From positions 642-64,641 of the forward strand of contig CAVVYR010000013.1 of assembly GCA_963752475.1 (NCBI GenBank): 64,000 bases of DNA, in the 5' to 3' direction. This stretch comes from an uncultured Chloroflexia bacterium. GTDB taxonomy: Bacteria > Chloroflexota > Limnocylindria > Limnocylindrales > CSP1-4. Positions 28,961 through 38,833 of the stretch are shown in pieces (positions within the stretch are counted from its first letter, which is position 1; each line of letters opens with the position of its first letter). The position numbers and the translations under genes were made by a program. Under the pieces are notes generated by a model, which was given only the letters and a program-made list of their open reading frames with translations, did no database searches and had not been told where the DNA came from.

Positions 28961-29682
28961 TGCGGCGCGCGCCCATCGCGGCGATCACCCTGCGCGGCCT
29001 CCTCGACCGACGACGCACGTGGCTGATGGTGGCGCTCGCGGCGGTGCCGGTGATCCTCGTGGGCCTGGCGGCGGGCTTCGGCGATGCCGACATCGGGGCC
29101 GCGGACTTCGACGCGCTCGTCGTGCGACTGGTGCTGCCGCTCATCGCGCTCGTCTTCGGCACGGCCGCCATCGGCTCCGAGATCGAGGAGGGCACGATCG
29201 TGTACCTCCTCACCAAGCCCGTCCGGCGCTCGCGCATCGTGGTTTCCAAGGGTCTCGTGGCGGCCGGCCTGACGGCCGCACTCATCGGGCCGGCGGCCGT
29301 GCTCACCGGGATCGTGGCCTGGCTGGCGGGAAACGATGTGGTCGCGGTGGGGGTGGCCTACGGCGTCGCGTCGGCCATCGGTGGCGCCGCCTACGCGGTG
29401 CTGTTCATGGCCATCAGCACGTTCACCTCGCGCGCGCTGGCCATCGGGCTCGCCTACGTGATGCTGTGGGAGGGCATCCTCGCGGACCTGCTCGAAGGGA
29501 CGCGCATGCTCTCGGTGCGACAGGGCACGCTGGCGGTGGCTCGGGAGTTGGCCGGTGAGCAGCCGCCCAGTGAGGCGATCACGACCGAGCGGGGCGTGAT
29601 CATCCTGACCGCGGTCATCCTCGGCTCGGTCGCGGTCGCCACGTGGCGGATGTCGCGCTACCAGATGCGCGGCGGCGACTGA
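28957..29682 (+). CDS. ABC-2-type transporter permease (copy 2).
   Basis: 241-aa polytopic membrane protein with a 4-bp overlap with the ATPase gene. Confidence 0.7.
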   Translation: MMRRAPIAAITLRGLLDRRRTWLMVALAAVPVILVGLAAGFGDADIGAADFDALVVRLVLPLIALVFGTAAIGSEIEEGTIVYLLTKPVRRSRIVVSKGLVAAGLTAALIGPAAVLTGIVAWLAGNDVVAVGVAYGVASAIGGAAYAVLFMAISTFTSRALAIGLAYVMLWEGILADLLEGTRMLSVRQGTLAVARELAGEQPPSEAITTERGVIILTAVILGSVAVATWRMSRYQMRGGD

Positions 29683-29922
29683 CCCTCTTCCCGGCCGCCG
29701 CCTACTCGGCGCGCTGGTAGCTGAAGTCCTCGGGGAACGTGACCGCGGCCTTCCACCAGGCTGCGACCTCCGCGGTCGTGGCCGTGCGCAGGTCGGGAGG
29801 ATCCCAGATGAAGGCCTGCTCCATCTGGGGTCACGTCACTGGAGTTGGTGTACCAGTGGAGTGGCCAGGAACAGATGCGGCCACCTTGCTGGAATCGCCG
29901 AGGGAACGCAAACTCAGGAACG

Positions 29923-30393
29923 ATGACAGGACCGAACCAGACCTCCGGCAGCACCGCACCTGCCGGTCCCGTGTCGTTGCTCGTATGTGCGGAGTGCGGC
30001 AAGAAGAACAAGATCCGTCCGGCCAAGCGTGGCTCGCCCCACTGCGGTGCCTGCGGGGTGCCGCTGCCATGGTTGGTGAACGCGACCGATGCATCCTTCG
30101 GCCACGAGGTGGACTCGACCGTGTCGATCCTCGTCGACCTCTGGGCTCCGTGGTGCGGGCCGTGTCGTGTCGTGGGGCCGATGCTTGAGAACCTCTCGAA
30201 GGAGTACGCGGGGCGCATCAAGGTCATCAAGGTCAATGTCGATGAGAACCCCGGGCTGTCGCAGCAGTTCCAGGCCACCTCCATTCCCACGATGCTGGTG
30301 ATCAAGGAGGGCCGGGTGGTCGACCGCATCGTCGGCGCGCTGCCGCCGAACGACCTCAAGATGCGCCTCTTCCCGTACCTGATGAAGACCTAG
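29923..30393 (+). CDS. trxC: Thioredoxin 2-type thioredoxin with an N-terminal zinc finger.
   Basis: CAECGKKNK...CGACG (two CxxC pairs) is followed by WAPWCGPC. It is collinear with the E. coli TrxC pattern (INATGE.., FWAPWCGPC, IPT). The start at ATG 29923 is preferred; the ORF is listed from 29845. Confidence 0.8.
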   Translation: MTGPNQTSGSTAPAGPVSLLVCAECGKKNKIRPAKRGSPHCGACGVPLPWLVNATDASFGHEVDSTVSILVDLWAPWCGPCRVVGPMLENLSKEYAGRIKVIKVNVDENPGLSQQFQATSIPTMLVIKEGRVVDRIVGALPPNDLKMRLFPYLMKT

Positions 30394-30418
30394 CGATCGG
30401 CTCTCTTGCCCGTCCCAC

Positions 30419-30478
30419 CGACAGCTGATCCGCTGGCGTCGCCCCCATCGACAGCTGATCCGCTGGCGTCGCCCCCAT
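30419..30478. repeat. Perfect 30-bp tandem direct repeat, 2 copies.
   Basis: cgacagctgatccgctggcgtcgcccccat occurs at 30419-30448 and 30449-30478. Confidence 0.95.
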
Positions 30479-30597
30479 CGACGTTGGATGGTGCTCGTGG
30501 CCCGATGTCGTCCCGGTCGACGTCGTTGCGCCCGAATGCTCGCGTCGCCCCCATCGACGTTGGATGGTGCTTGTGGCCCGATGTCGTCCCGGTCGAC
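30466..30597. repeat. 56-bp direct repeat, 2 copies separated by 20 bp. Its first copy overlaps the end of the 30-bp tandem.
   Basis: gcgtcgcccccatcgacgttggatggtgctYgtggcccgatgtcgtcccggtcgac occurs at 30466-30521 and 30542-30597 with 1 mismatch. The core gtcgcccccatcgac occurs 3 times. Confidence 0.95.
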
Positions 30598-31114
30598 AGT
30601 AACGGCCGTTTCGCGAGGCGCCTGTAGCCAACCGTCGGTGGAGTCGACGGTAGTCCGACGGATCGCAGTCCCGACTCGCGAAACGGCACGACTCACGGCC
30701 TCGGCTATGCCCAGGCACGCACGAAACGGCTCGCCGACCACCGCCACCTGCCGATATCAGTGACTACAGGCAGGACTGACGTCGACTGGGGCGACGGGTG
30801 TCCACAACGGCGACGTCCGCGGAGCCTCGGCCGGTAGCACTGCGCTCCGCGTGGGACCAGCCCGTCGTCCGCCTGAACTTCCTCGTCATGCACGCGATCC
30901 ACGCTGGCTGCGCATGTCCCTGGCAGAGGGCCAAGCGACCGACGACGGCTCGTTCCGCGGTCGAGTGGCCTTCCAGCCGGGCCGATCAGCAGCGCCTGAG
31001 CTCGCTGTTCAGCGCTCCTCGGCGGTCGATTGGCCTTCCGGGTGGGACACCGCGACCGCAGCGGCAGGTTGGCGGAAGGTTCGGGTTCGGCGGCAGGACC
31101 GTCGTCGTCGGCAG

Positions 31115-32590
31115 TTAGCCTTCGGTCTCGGTGGCAGGATCGCCGCTGTCTGCCGCTTCGGGATCGGCGGCTGTTTCGCGGTCGCCATCGTCGGCTGTCT
31201 CGGAGTCGGGATCGGCGGCTGCTTCGGGCTCACCACCGGTGTCATCCAGCGCGCCGGGCGCTTCGTCGGCGGTAGGGTCGTCGGGCGTGCAAGAGCGGTC
31301 GCCGGCGACATAGCCGTCGAGCCCAGCACCGGTGAGCACGCCGGCGGGGCCGGTCAGCGACGAGTGGTCGACGAGCGCCTCACCGGCGGGCGTCACCAAG
31401 CCATCGGCGAGCGCGAACGTCCACTGGCCCTCGGGCGCCTCGAACGTGAGCGTGGCGGCGTTCCCCTCAGGCACGACGGCGAGCTCGCCTTCGACGGTCG
31501 TAGCCCCGTCCTCCGATCCGACCGGTGTGAGCACCACCGACACGGGTCCGGCCGCTTCAACCGCCGGCGCCAGTAACTGCTCGGCCTTGCCCGGACCGAC
31601 CGAGTCGTCCACGCCGACGGTGTAACGGATCTGCGTGGCATCGACATCGCTGAGCTCGGCCACACCACCCGAGCCGCTGAACGTCTCGAGTGCGCGGCAG
31701 GCGAGGCGCGGCAGCCCGGCCTTGACCTTGAACCCACCGAGCGGGCTGCCGAGGTCGACGAAGTGCCCGCCGCCGGGCAGATCGAGTCGGTCGATGACCT
31801 GACCGTCCGCGGTGGTGCTGCGCACGCTCACCGTGATGGATCTCGTGTCACCCGCGCGCGGGATAGCCAGATACCAGGTGGCCTTCTTCTCGTCGTGGAA
31901 CCCGTAGACGCCCGACTCGAGGTCGTAGTAGTCGGCGTCCTCGAGCTTCGCGCCAGCCTCCTTGCCGATGACGCTGGTGTCGCCGGTGGCCACGGCGCTG
32001 TTGCGGAAGAGGCCGCTCAGCGAGAACCGCTCCACGCCGGCGAGGGTGTCGGCCTCGGTGCCGACCTGCACGGGCGTGGCTTCGTCGCCCGCGATCCCCA
32101 CCTCGACCAGCTGACCTCTGACGTTGGCCGGGACGCGCTTGCCCATCTGCACGGCCACGAACACGATCTTGTCCCTGGCGCGTGGCTGGGCCTCGGAGCC
32201 ATAGAACGCGTCCGAGGCTCCCGGAGGGTAGTCGCTCTGCATCTTCGTGCGCAGCTTCGCGGGGGTCCTGGTGCTGGCCACGTAGACCGCCTCGATATCG
32301 GTCCAGTCGGGCGCCTGTGTGGGCGAGCCGTCGCTCGCGAGCTGATCGTTGCTCGGGTCCACGTAGCGCGTGACCTTGTCGGCCATGACGGCATCGGCCA
32401 TGCGGTACTTCTTGCCCTTGACCGTGCTGATGGCCGGACCGTCGGCACCGAGCGCCACGCCGGCAGTGCCCACGACGAGCAGCGCCGCGAGCAGCAGCGC
32501 CAGAGCGGGTCGTACATAGCCGCCGAGTGCACCGAGGCCGCCGATGTCCGTGTCGATACCCCCGCGCAGGTCATCCATCGGCAGAGCCAT
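31115..32590 (-). CDS. Hypothetical membrane-anchored/secreted protein with an acidic C-terminal tail.
   Basis: 491-aa intact ORF. The N-terminal hydrophobic segment is RPALALLLAALLVVGTAGVALGA. The C-terminus is rich in D/E/P/T (DDTGGEPEAAADPDSETADDGDRETAADPEAADSGDPATETEG). I do not recognise a family. Confidence 0.6.
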   Translation of the reverse strand: MALPMDDLRGGIDTDIGGLGALGGYVRPALALLLAALLVVGTAGVALGADGPAISTVKGKKYRMADAVMADKVTRYVDPSNDQLASDGSPTQAPDWTDIEAVYVASTRTPAKLRTKMQSDYPPGASDAFYGSEAQPRARDKIVFVAVQMGKRVPANVRGQLVEVGIAGDEATPVQVGTEADTLAGVERFSLSGLFRNSAVATGDTSVIGKEAGAKLEDADYYDLESGVYGFHDEKKATWYLAIPRAGDTRSITVSVRSTTADGQVIDRLDLPGGGHFVDLGSPLGGFKVKAGLPRLACRALETFSGSGGVAELSDVDATQIRYTVGVDDSVGPGKAEQLLAPAVEAAGPVSVVLTPVGSEDGATTVEGELAVVPEGNAATLTFEAPEGQWTFALADGLVTPAGEALVDHSSLTGPAGVLTGAGLDGYVAGDRSCTPDDPTADEAPGALDDTGGEPEAAADPDSETADDGDRETAADPEAADSGDPATETEG

Positions 32591-32960
32591 CCCGGCGCCG
32601 GCCAGTGGTCGGCCAACGCCCTTGCTCGATCAGCTCCAGGCCCTCGACGGCCTCGGGCACACCACGGGCAGCCTGCTCCTGATAGGTCGCACGCATGGCA
32701 TCCCAGGAGCAGGCTTCTCCCTGCCTAGCGACTGCAGTCCCCGGCGCGGACGAACGCCGGAAGCGCGCGCGAAGACGCGCGAGAGCCAAGTGCATCGATC
32801 GATGGTAAACGGACGCGCGAGCACGCGCAGCGGGGCGGTGTACGTCGAGGCTCAGCGAGGCTCACGCACCTCGCGGCTGCCACCTATCAGCAACCGAACC
32901 GCTGGATTCATCCTAGGATACGTGCCTGACTGCACGCTCGAGGCAGCACCCGGAGGCACG

Positions 32961-34202
32961 ATGGCACGCAAGAGGGAACCCACCGTCGACGAGTCGCGGG
33001 CGTTGCTGTTCGCACGGCTGATGGAGGCCAAGCCGCAGGTCGTGGCCACGACCGTGAAGGACACCGAGATCCAGGCGAAGTACATCGAGGCAGCGTTCGA
33101 GCAGGTCATCGACCTGGTCCGGGAGCCGATGCCGACGTCCGAGCAGCTGGCCACTTGGCGGGACGAAGGCGAGCGACTGGCCCGCGCCGGTGCGCCTGCC
33201 GAACGTGTCCTCGACGGCGTCCTCTCGGTCAACTGGGCGATCTGGGAGCAGGTCATGCAGCAGGAGGAGATCCCGCGCCCGGTGGTCCTCGAGTTCGCCG
33301 ACCGCCTGCTGCGCGGCCTCGACGATGCCGTCGCCGCCATCTCCGAGGGCTATGTGCGTGTGGAGGTCGAAGCCGCTGCCGCCCACTCGGAGCGACGGCG
33401 CGCCGTGCTCGAGGACCTGCTCTACTCGCCCCGGACGACACCCCAGGACCGCGCCCGCATCCGCCTCCGCAGCGAGCGCCACGGCCTCTCGGTCGGTGCC
33501 AGCTATCGTCTCGTGCTCGCCCACGTCCCCGGCGTGGGCGAGGCGGAGGTGGAACGGCTGGTCGACCGACTCGAAGCGCGCATCCGGGTGCCTGCCACGC
33601 ACCACCGCGCCAAACCGGGCATCCGCCTGCCCGTGGTGCTCGACTGGCGCGGTCGCGTGCTCGTCTTCGCCAACGCGGAGTGGGCCGGCGAGAAGCGGCT
33701 GCGTGAGGCCCTGCCGTCCGTGCTCGGCGAGGACGTCGTGGTCATCGACACCGGCCCGGTCGAGGGCATCGAACGCCTGTCCGATGCGCTCAACGAGGCG
33801 GAGTACAGCGCGACGGTGGCCGAAGCGCTCGGCAGGCGCGGATGGATCGGCGACCCCGACGAGCTGGCCCTCGAGACGACGTTCCTGCTCGATCGCAAGC
33901 TCGTGGCATCAGCGGTCGATCGTGAGCTCGGACCCCTGCTGTCTGACCCCCGCATGGGCGAGGAGCTGCTCGAGACGCTGGAGGTCTACCTCGGATCGAA
34001 GCAGAACATCCGCGAGGCCGCCCGTCGGCTGCACCTCGCACCACGCACGGTGGCCTACCGTCTCGAGCGCATCGAGACGCTACTCGGCGAAGAGCTCGAG
34101 GGCGACGTGACCATGCGCCTGGGCGCCGCCATCCTGGCCTTGCGCGTTAGCCGAAAGGCCGACGAAGTCGATGCGGAGTCGCCTGAGAGCGTGGTGGAGT
34201 AG
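32961..34202 (+). CDS. PucR-family transcriptional regulator.
   Basis: The C-terminal PucR-type HTH is LLETLEVYLGSKQNIREAARRLHLAPRTVAYRLERIETLLG. The ATG at 32961 was chosen; the upstream part of the listed ORF (32544..) overlaps the divergent gene. Confidence 0.75.
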   Translation: MARKREPTVDESRALLFARLMEAKPQVVATTVKDTEIQAKYIEAAFEQVIDLVREPMPTSEQLATWRDEGERLARAGAPAERVLDGVLSVNWAIWEQVMQQEEIPRPVVLEFADRLLRGLDDAVAAISEGYVRVEVEAAAAHSERRRAVLEDLLYSPRTTPQDRARIRLRSERHGLSVGASYRLVLAHVPGVGEAEVERLVDRLEARIRVPATHHRAKPGIRLPVVLDWRGRVLVFANAEWAGEKRLREALPSVLGEDVVVIDTGPVEGIERLSDALNEAEYSATVAEALGRRGWIGDPDELALETTFLLDRKLVASAVDRELGPLLSDPRMGEELLETLEVYLGSKQNIREAARRLHLAPRTVAYRLERIETLLGEELEGDVTMRLGAAILALRVSRKADEVDAESPESVVE

Positions 34203-34208
34203 TGGCCC

Positions 34209-35660
34209 CTACACCTGGTAGCTGGTGGAGGTCGTGCCCCCGCCGTGGCCTGTCCAGTCGGTGTGGAAGAACCGGCCGCGCTCCTGGTCGACACGCTCGT
34301 ACGTGTGCGCCCCGAAGTAGTCGCGTTGCGCCTGGATGAGGTTGGCCGGCAGCGTCTCGCTGCGATAGGCATCGAAGAAGGCTAGCGCCGAGGAGTACGC
34401 CGGCACGGCGATCCCGGCCTCGACCGCAGCGGCGATGACTCGTCGCCAGCCGGCCTGGGCGCCGGTCATGGCATCGGTGAAGAACGGATCCAGCAACAGG
34501 TTCTCGAGGTCCGGCTGACGGTCGTAGGCCGCGGTGATGTCGTCGAGGAACCGCGCGCGGATGATGCAGCCCTCTCGCCAGAGTGACGCGATGCGTCCGA
34601 GGTCCAGGTCCCAGCCGTACTCCTCGGCCGCTGCGCGCAGGAGCATGAAGCCCTGCGCGTACGAGACGATCTTCGAGGCGTAGAGGGCATCGCGGATGTC
34701 GTCGGCGGCAAGGTCGACCTGCCCGGCCGGACCCTCGAGGATGGCCGACGCACGCACGCGCTCGTCCTTGAACGAGGACACGATGCGAGCGAACACGGCC
34801 TCTGCCACGAGCGAGACTGGCTGGGCCAGCTCCATCGACGAGATAGCCGTCCACTTGCCGGTGCCCTTCTGGCCAGCCCGGTCGAGGATCTTCTCGACCA
34901 TCGGCGAGCCATCCTCGTCGACGAAGGCGAGGATGTCCGCGGTGATGTCGACGAGGTAGGAGTCGAGGACGCCCTCGCCCCAGCCCCGGAACGTCTCCGA
35001 CATCTGCTGGTGGCTCATGCCGCTCGCTCGCATGAGGGCGTAGGCCTCCGCGATGACCTGCATGTCGCCGTACTCGATGCCGTTGTGGACCATCTTCACG
35101 TAGTGCCCAGCACCATCCGCGCCGACCCAGTCACAGCAGGGCGTGCCGTCCTCGGTCTTGGCCGAGATGTCCTGGAGGATCGGCTTCACCGCGGGCCATG
35201 CAGCCTCCGAACCACCGGGCATGATCGACGGACCATGCCGCGCGCCCTCCTCGCCGCCGGAGACGCCGGTGCCGATGAAGAGCAGGCCCCGGTCCTCGAC
35301 CTCCCTGGTGCGGCGGATGGAGTCGGTGTAGAGGGAGTTGCCGCCATCGATGATGATGTCGCCCGGATCGAGCAGCTCCGCGAGCTGGGCGATGACGGCA
35401 TCGACCGCGCCACCGGCCTTGACCATGAGCATCACGCGGCGCGGGGCCTTGAGCGACCGCACCAGTTCCTCGAGCGTCTCGCAGCCGATGACCGAGGCGT
35501 CGGCGGCCGGTCCGCTCACGAACTCCTCGGTGACCGAGGTCGTGCGGTTGTAGACCGCGACCGTGTACCCGTGATCGGCCATGTTGAGCACGAGGTTCTG
35601 GCCCATCACGGCGAGGCCGACGAGTCCGATGTCGGCGCGGGGTTCGGTGCTGCTGTCCAT
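34209..35660 (-). CDS. gnd: 6-phosphogluconate dehydrogenase (decarboxylating).
   Basis: Motifs: IGLVGLAVMGQNL, IIDGGNS, GTGVSGGEEGA, HNGIEYGDMQ. The ATG at 35658-35660 is preceded by GGAG. Confidence 0.9.
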   Translation of the reverse strand: MDSSTEPRADIGLVGLAVMGQNLVLNMADHGYTVAVYNRTTSVTEEFVSGPAADASVIGCETLEELVRSLKAPRRVMLMVKAGGAVDAVIAQLAELLDPGDIIIDGGNSLYTDSIRRTREVEDRGLLFIGTGVSGGEEGARHGPSIMPGGSEAAWPAVKPILQDISAKTEDGTPCCDWVGADGAGHYVKMVHNGIEYGDMQVIAEAYALMRASGMSHQQMSETFRGWGEGVLDSYLVDITADILAFVDEDGSPMVEKILDRAGQKGTGKWTAISSMELAQPVSLVAEAVFARIVSSFKDERVRASAILEGPAGQVDLAADDIRDALYASKIVSYAQGFMLLRAAAEEYGWDLDLGRIASLWREGCIIRARFLDDITAAYDRQPDLENLLLDPFFTDAMTGAQAGWRRVIAAAVEAGIAVPAYSSALAFFDAYRSETLPANLIQAQRDYFGAHTYERVDQERGRFFHTDWTGHGGGTTSTSYQV

Positions 35661-35780
35661 CAAGGCTCCTATCTGTCGCATCTGCATGCCGGCGACGACG
35701 CTTGCTCGAAGCCTACCCTCTCCCCGCGTGGTCGGGTCACTCGACTGCTATCGTGCGTCGGCCAGCGCCTGAGGTCACCG

Positions 35781-37566
35781 ATGCCCTATCGGATCGTCAC
35801 CATCGTCCTGACTCTGTCCTTGGCCATGCCCGTGGTCGCTACCGCGGACGATGAGCCCCTCTCGTTCGGGGCCCTGATCGAGGACATCGGCCAGACGATG
35901 CTCGCGCGCCATCCGGAGGATGTCACCGACCTCGGCTTGAGCGAGGCATTGGGGCTCGATGACCGCGAGCTGAACGACCTCTCGTACGAGTACCGAACCG
36001 AGACGGCAGCCTTGGCGCAGGGAGCGCTCGACCGACTGTCCTCCGTGGATCCCGCAGCCTTGGCGGCCGAGGAGCGCGTGACGCTCGCGACCGCCGACTG
36101 GTGGCTGCGAGACATCGTCACGATGAACGCGTTCGCGGACCATGACTACGCGGTCAACTTCATCACCGGCGCCCATGCCAACCTCCCTGAGTTCCTGGCC
36201 GACATCCATCCCCTTGACGACCTTGACGATGCCGCGGCCTTCGTGGCGCGGCTCGAAGCGGGCGGTGAGCAGCTGCGGCAGGTGGCCGACAACCTTGCCC
36301 GTAGCGAAGCTGCGGACAACCTGCCCACCCAACGTGGACTCGACATCGCTCGCTGGCAGATGGACGGCCAGGGACTGCCGGCGTCCGAGCATCCGATCCT
36401 GGCCGATCTCGCCGACCGCCTCGACGCCACCGACGTGGACGCAGCCGAGGCAGCGGTCGATCCTGGCACGCGCCGAGGCGGCCCTGGCCGATGGGCTGCT
36501 GCCGGCGTACGCAGACCTGCGCAAGGCCGTGGGTGCGGCAGCCGCCCGCAGCGACCGGGAGCCGGGGGTCTTGCAGCATCCCGGCGGCGCGGCGTACTAC
36601 GAAGCCGTGCTCGCGCACCACCTGTCGATGCCCCTAACCCCGGCGGAGGTCCACGAGATCGGCATGGTCGAGGTCGAGCGACTGCGACACGAGCTCGAGA
36701 TCGCGATGAACGACCTCGACATCGACGTCGAGGGGCTGGGGTTCGCGCGTGCGATCGAGACGGTCACAGCGTCGGTGCCGGTGGTCTCGTTCGACTCGGA
36801 TGACGCCCGCGAGGCCTTCCTCGACGACACCGAGGCCTTCATCGAGGAGTCCTCGGCGGCATTCGCCGACATGTTCACCACGCTGCCCGAGGCACGGCTC
36901 GAGGTCCAACGGCCGCGACCGGGTCGCGAGGGTGCCGGAGGCGCGTACTACCGACCCCCTCCGGCGAGCGGCGAGCGAGCGGGGATCTATTACCTCTCGC
37001 TCGGGGGCCTCGTCTTCCCGATGGACACGTACGCGACCACGAACTACCACGAGGCGGTACCGGGACATCACTTCCAGCTGGCGCTCCAGCGTGGATCGGA
37101 GGAATTGCCGCTGCTCCAGCGTGCGACCGGCTTCACCGGTTACGCCGAGGGCTGGGCGCTGTACGCGGAACGCCTGGCCGCGGAGGCAGGGCTCTATGAG
37201 GGCGACCCGCTCGGGGATTTCGGCCGGCTGCGCATGGAGATGCTGCGTGCGGCGCGGGCCGTCGCCGACACCGGCATCCACGCGTTCGGCTGGTCGCGGG
37301 ATGAGGCCATCGCCTACCTCGTCGATCTGGGGCTCCCGGCCGGGTGGGCGACCTCGGAGGTGGACCGCTACATCGTCTGGCCCGGACAGGCACCGAGCTA
37401 CCTCATCGGCATGCTCGAGATCCTGCGGCTGCGCGATGAGGCGCAGGCCACGCTGGGCGACGACTTCGACATCGCCGGTTTCCACGACGCGGTACTGCGC
37501 CACGGATCGGTGCCGCTGGCGGTCCTGCCGATGGCCGTCGCGTCGTGGGTGGAGTCGGTAGGCTAA
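35781..37566 (+). pseudogene. DUF885-family (putative metallopeptidase-like) secreted protein, one frame change near 36455-36457.
   Basis: The signal-like start is MPYRIVTIVLTLSLAMPVVATA. The sequence continues across the frames of 35010..36803 and 36142..37566. It has the HEAVPGHHFQ motif, characteristic of DUF885 as I recall it. Confidence 0.7.
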
Positions 37567-37823
37567 CCCGCGAGCGAGACGCCGATGGTCTTGGTGTCGA
37601 GGAGGGCCACGTAGGCGCACTCGGTGCAGGTCAGCACGACGAACGTAAAGCCGCGTTCGTGGGCGATCTTGGGACCGGCCTCACTGACCACGAAACCGGG
37701 CATGAACGACATCGTCGGGTTCACGGCCCAATCATCGTGACCGGCGGGGCACTTGGCTTGCCCGGACCAGTGCTTGCTGAGCCAGCCGTCGATGGTCGCC
37801 TTCTGGGTCTCGGACACGGTCAT
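37563..37823 (-). CDS. Small hypothetical protein (86 aa) with CPxGH...CTEC cysteines.
   Basis: The ATG at 37821-37823 is preceded by GGAG at the proper spacing. Sequence: MTVSETQKATIDGWLSKHWSGQAKCPAGHDDW...VVLTCTECAYVALLD. The family is unknown to me. Confidence 0.5.
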   Translation of the reverse strand: MTVSETQKATIDGWLSKHWSGQAKCPAGHDDWAVNPTMSFMPGFVVSEAGPKIAHERGFTFVVLTCTECAYVALLDTKTIGVSLAG

Positions 37824-38202
37824 GGGGAGCTCCTGTCGCGGGTGATGGGCGACGCCGATCGTAGCGCCTGTGCGCCCGAGCATGGCCACAGCGGTGCAGG
37901 CCGCTCGACCATCCCCTCCTGGCTGAACTCGACCAGTCTGAGACCCGGAGTACACGGTCTCAGCCCGGTGGGGGCTAGGACTGACGATCCGAACCTGCTG
38001 GAGGCTGAAGTGCAGCAATTCTCCGTCCATGTGGTCGAGTTCAGCCATCAGGGGATAGCCGCTGGAACCTGATAGCCGCTGGAGCCGTGAAGGATCCCAA
38101 CGGCGCGACGGGTCCACGGAGGCGTCTGTATGGCTACTGTGACAAGGCGGCGCAACTGACGCATCGTCCCGACGGGCTCGCGGGCTGGACTACCATCGTG
38201 CG

Positions 38203-38820
38203 ATGGGGATGATGCAGATCGCCCACCACCGCGTCCCGGAGGCGGCGGATGCACTTGCCCGAGCGATGCTGGACGAGCCCAGCGGTCGATGGCTCCTGCC
38301 GGATGAGCAGGAGTTCCTGGTCGCGTTTCGGCAGCTCTACGCCGACCTCATCGGGCTGGCGCTCGACGAGGGCCGGGTCGACGCCTGGGGCGACCCGTTC
38401 GTTGGGATGGCCGTCTGGCTCCGACGCCCTGCACTGACCGACCAGCCACCGCCCAGTGCCGGGCGGACCGCATCCCGGTCGGGTGGGATCTTCCCTGCGC
38501 ACGCGATGGACCGCGTCGAACGGTTCACAGCCGTCATCCGGCAGCTGCATGCGGAAGCCAGACCGGACGAGCATGCCTACCTCGACACGATCGCCGTGCT
38601 ACCGACGCACCGGGGCCGCGGCATCGCCTCTTGCCTGCTGGAGGTGGGCCATGCCTGGGCCGACGAGATCGGGCTGCCCTGCGCCCTTGAGACGGCGACC
38701 GCCAGGAACGTCCGGTTCTATCGACATCACGGCTACGCGATCCGGGCGGAATCGCCGCTGCCGGGTTCGGGCCTGCACTTCACCTCGATGCGGCGAGAGG
38801 ACACGGCCGAACCGGCATGA
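38203..38820 (+). CDS. GNAT-family N-acetyltransferase.
   Basis: 205 aa. The acetyl-CoA-binding-type segment is LDTIAVLPTHRGRGIASCLLE, and the C-terminal motif is FYRHHGY. Confidence 0.75.
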   Translation: MGMMQIAHHRVPEAADALARAMLDEPSGRWLLPDEQEFLVAFRQLYADLIGLALDEGRVDAWGDPFVGMAVWLRRPALTDQPPPSAGRTASRSGGIFPAHAMDRVERFTAVIRQLHAEARPDEHAYLDTIAVLPTHRGRGIASCLLEVGHAWADEIGLPCALETATARNVRFYRHHGYAIRAESPLPGSGLHFTSMRREDTAEPA

Positions 38821-38833
38821 CGGCAGGAGTGAG

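Noticed and set aside
29702-29824. 40-aa minus-strand ORF (MEQAFIWDPPDLRTATTAEVAAWWKAAVTFPEDFSYQRAE) between the ABC-2 unit and trxC.
   Set aside because: It looks protein-like, possibly a fragment of a larger gene. However, it has no Shine-Dalgarno sequence, I recognise no family, and it is too short to support from sequence alone.
30419-30597. Direct repeats considered as a CRISPR array.
   Set aside because: There are only two copies of each unit. The 30-bp units are directly adjacent with no spacer, the 56-bp units have a 20-bp spacer, the units overlap each other, and no cas genes are in the window.
30700-31114. Possible degraded gene or small RNA in the second half of the 720-bp gap.
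   Set aside because: Translations in all frames gave only Arg/Pro/Gly-rich strings with stops. I recognised no known ncRNA motif (tmRNA, RNase P, SRP, 6S) by eye. It cannot be supported without a covariance-model or transcript search.
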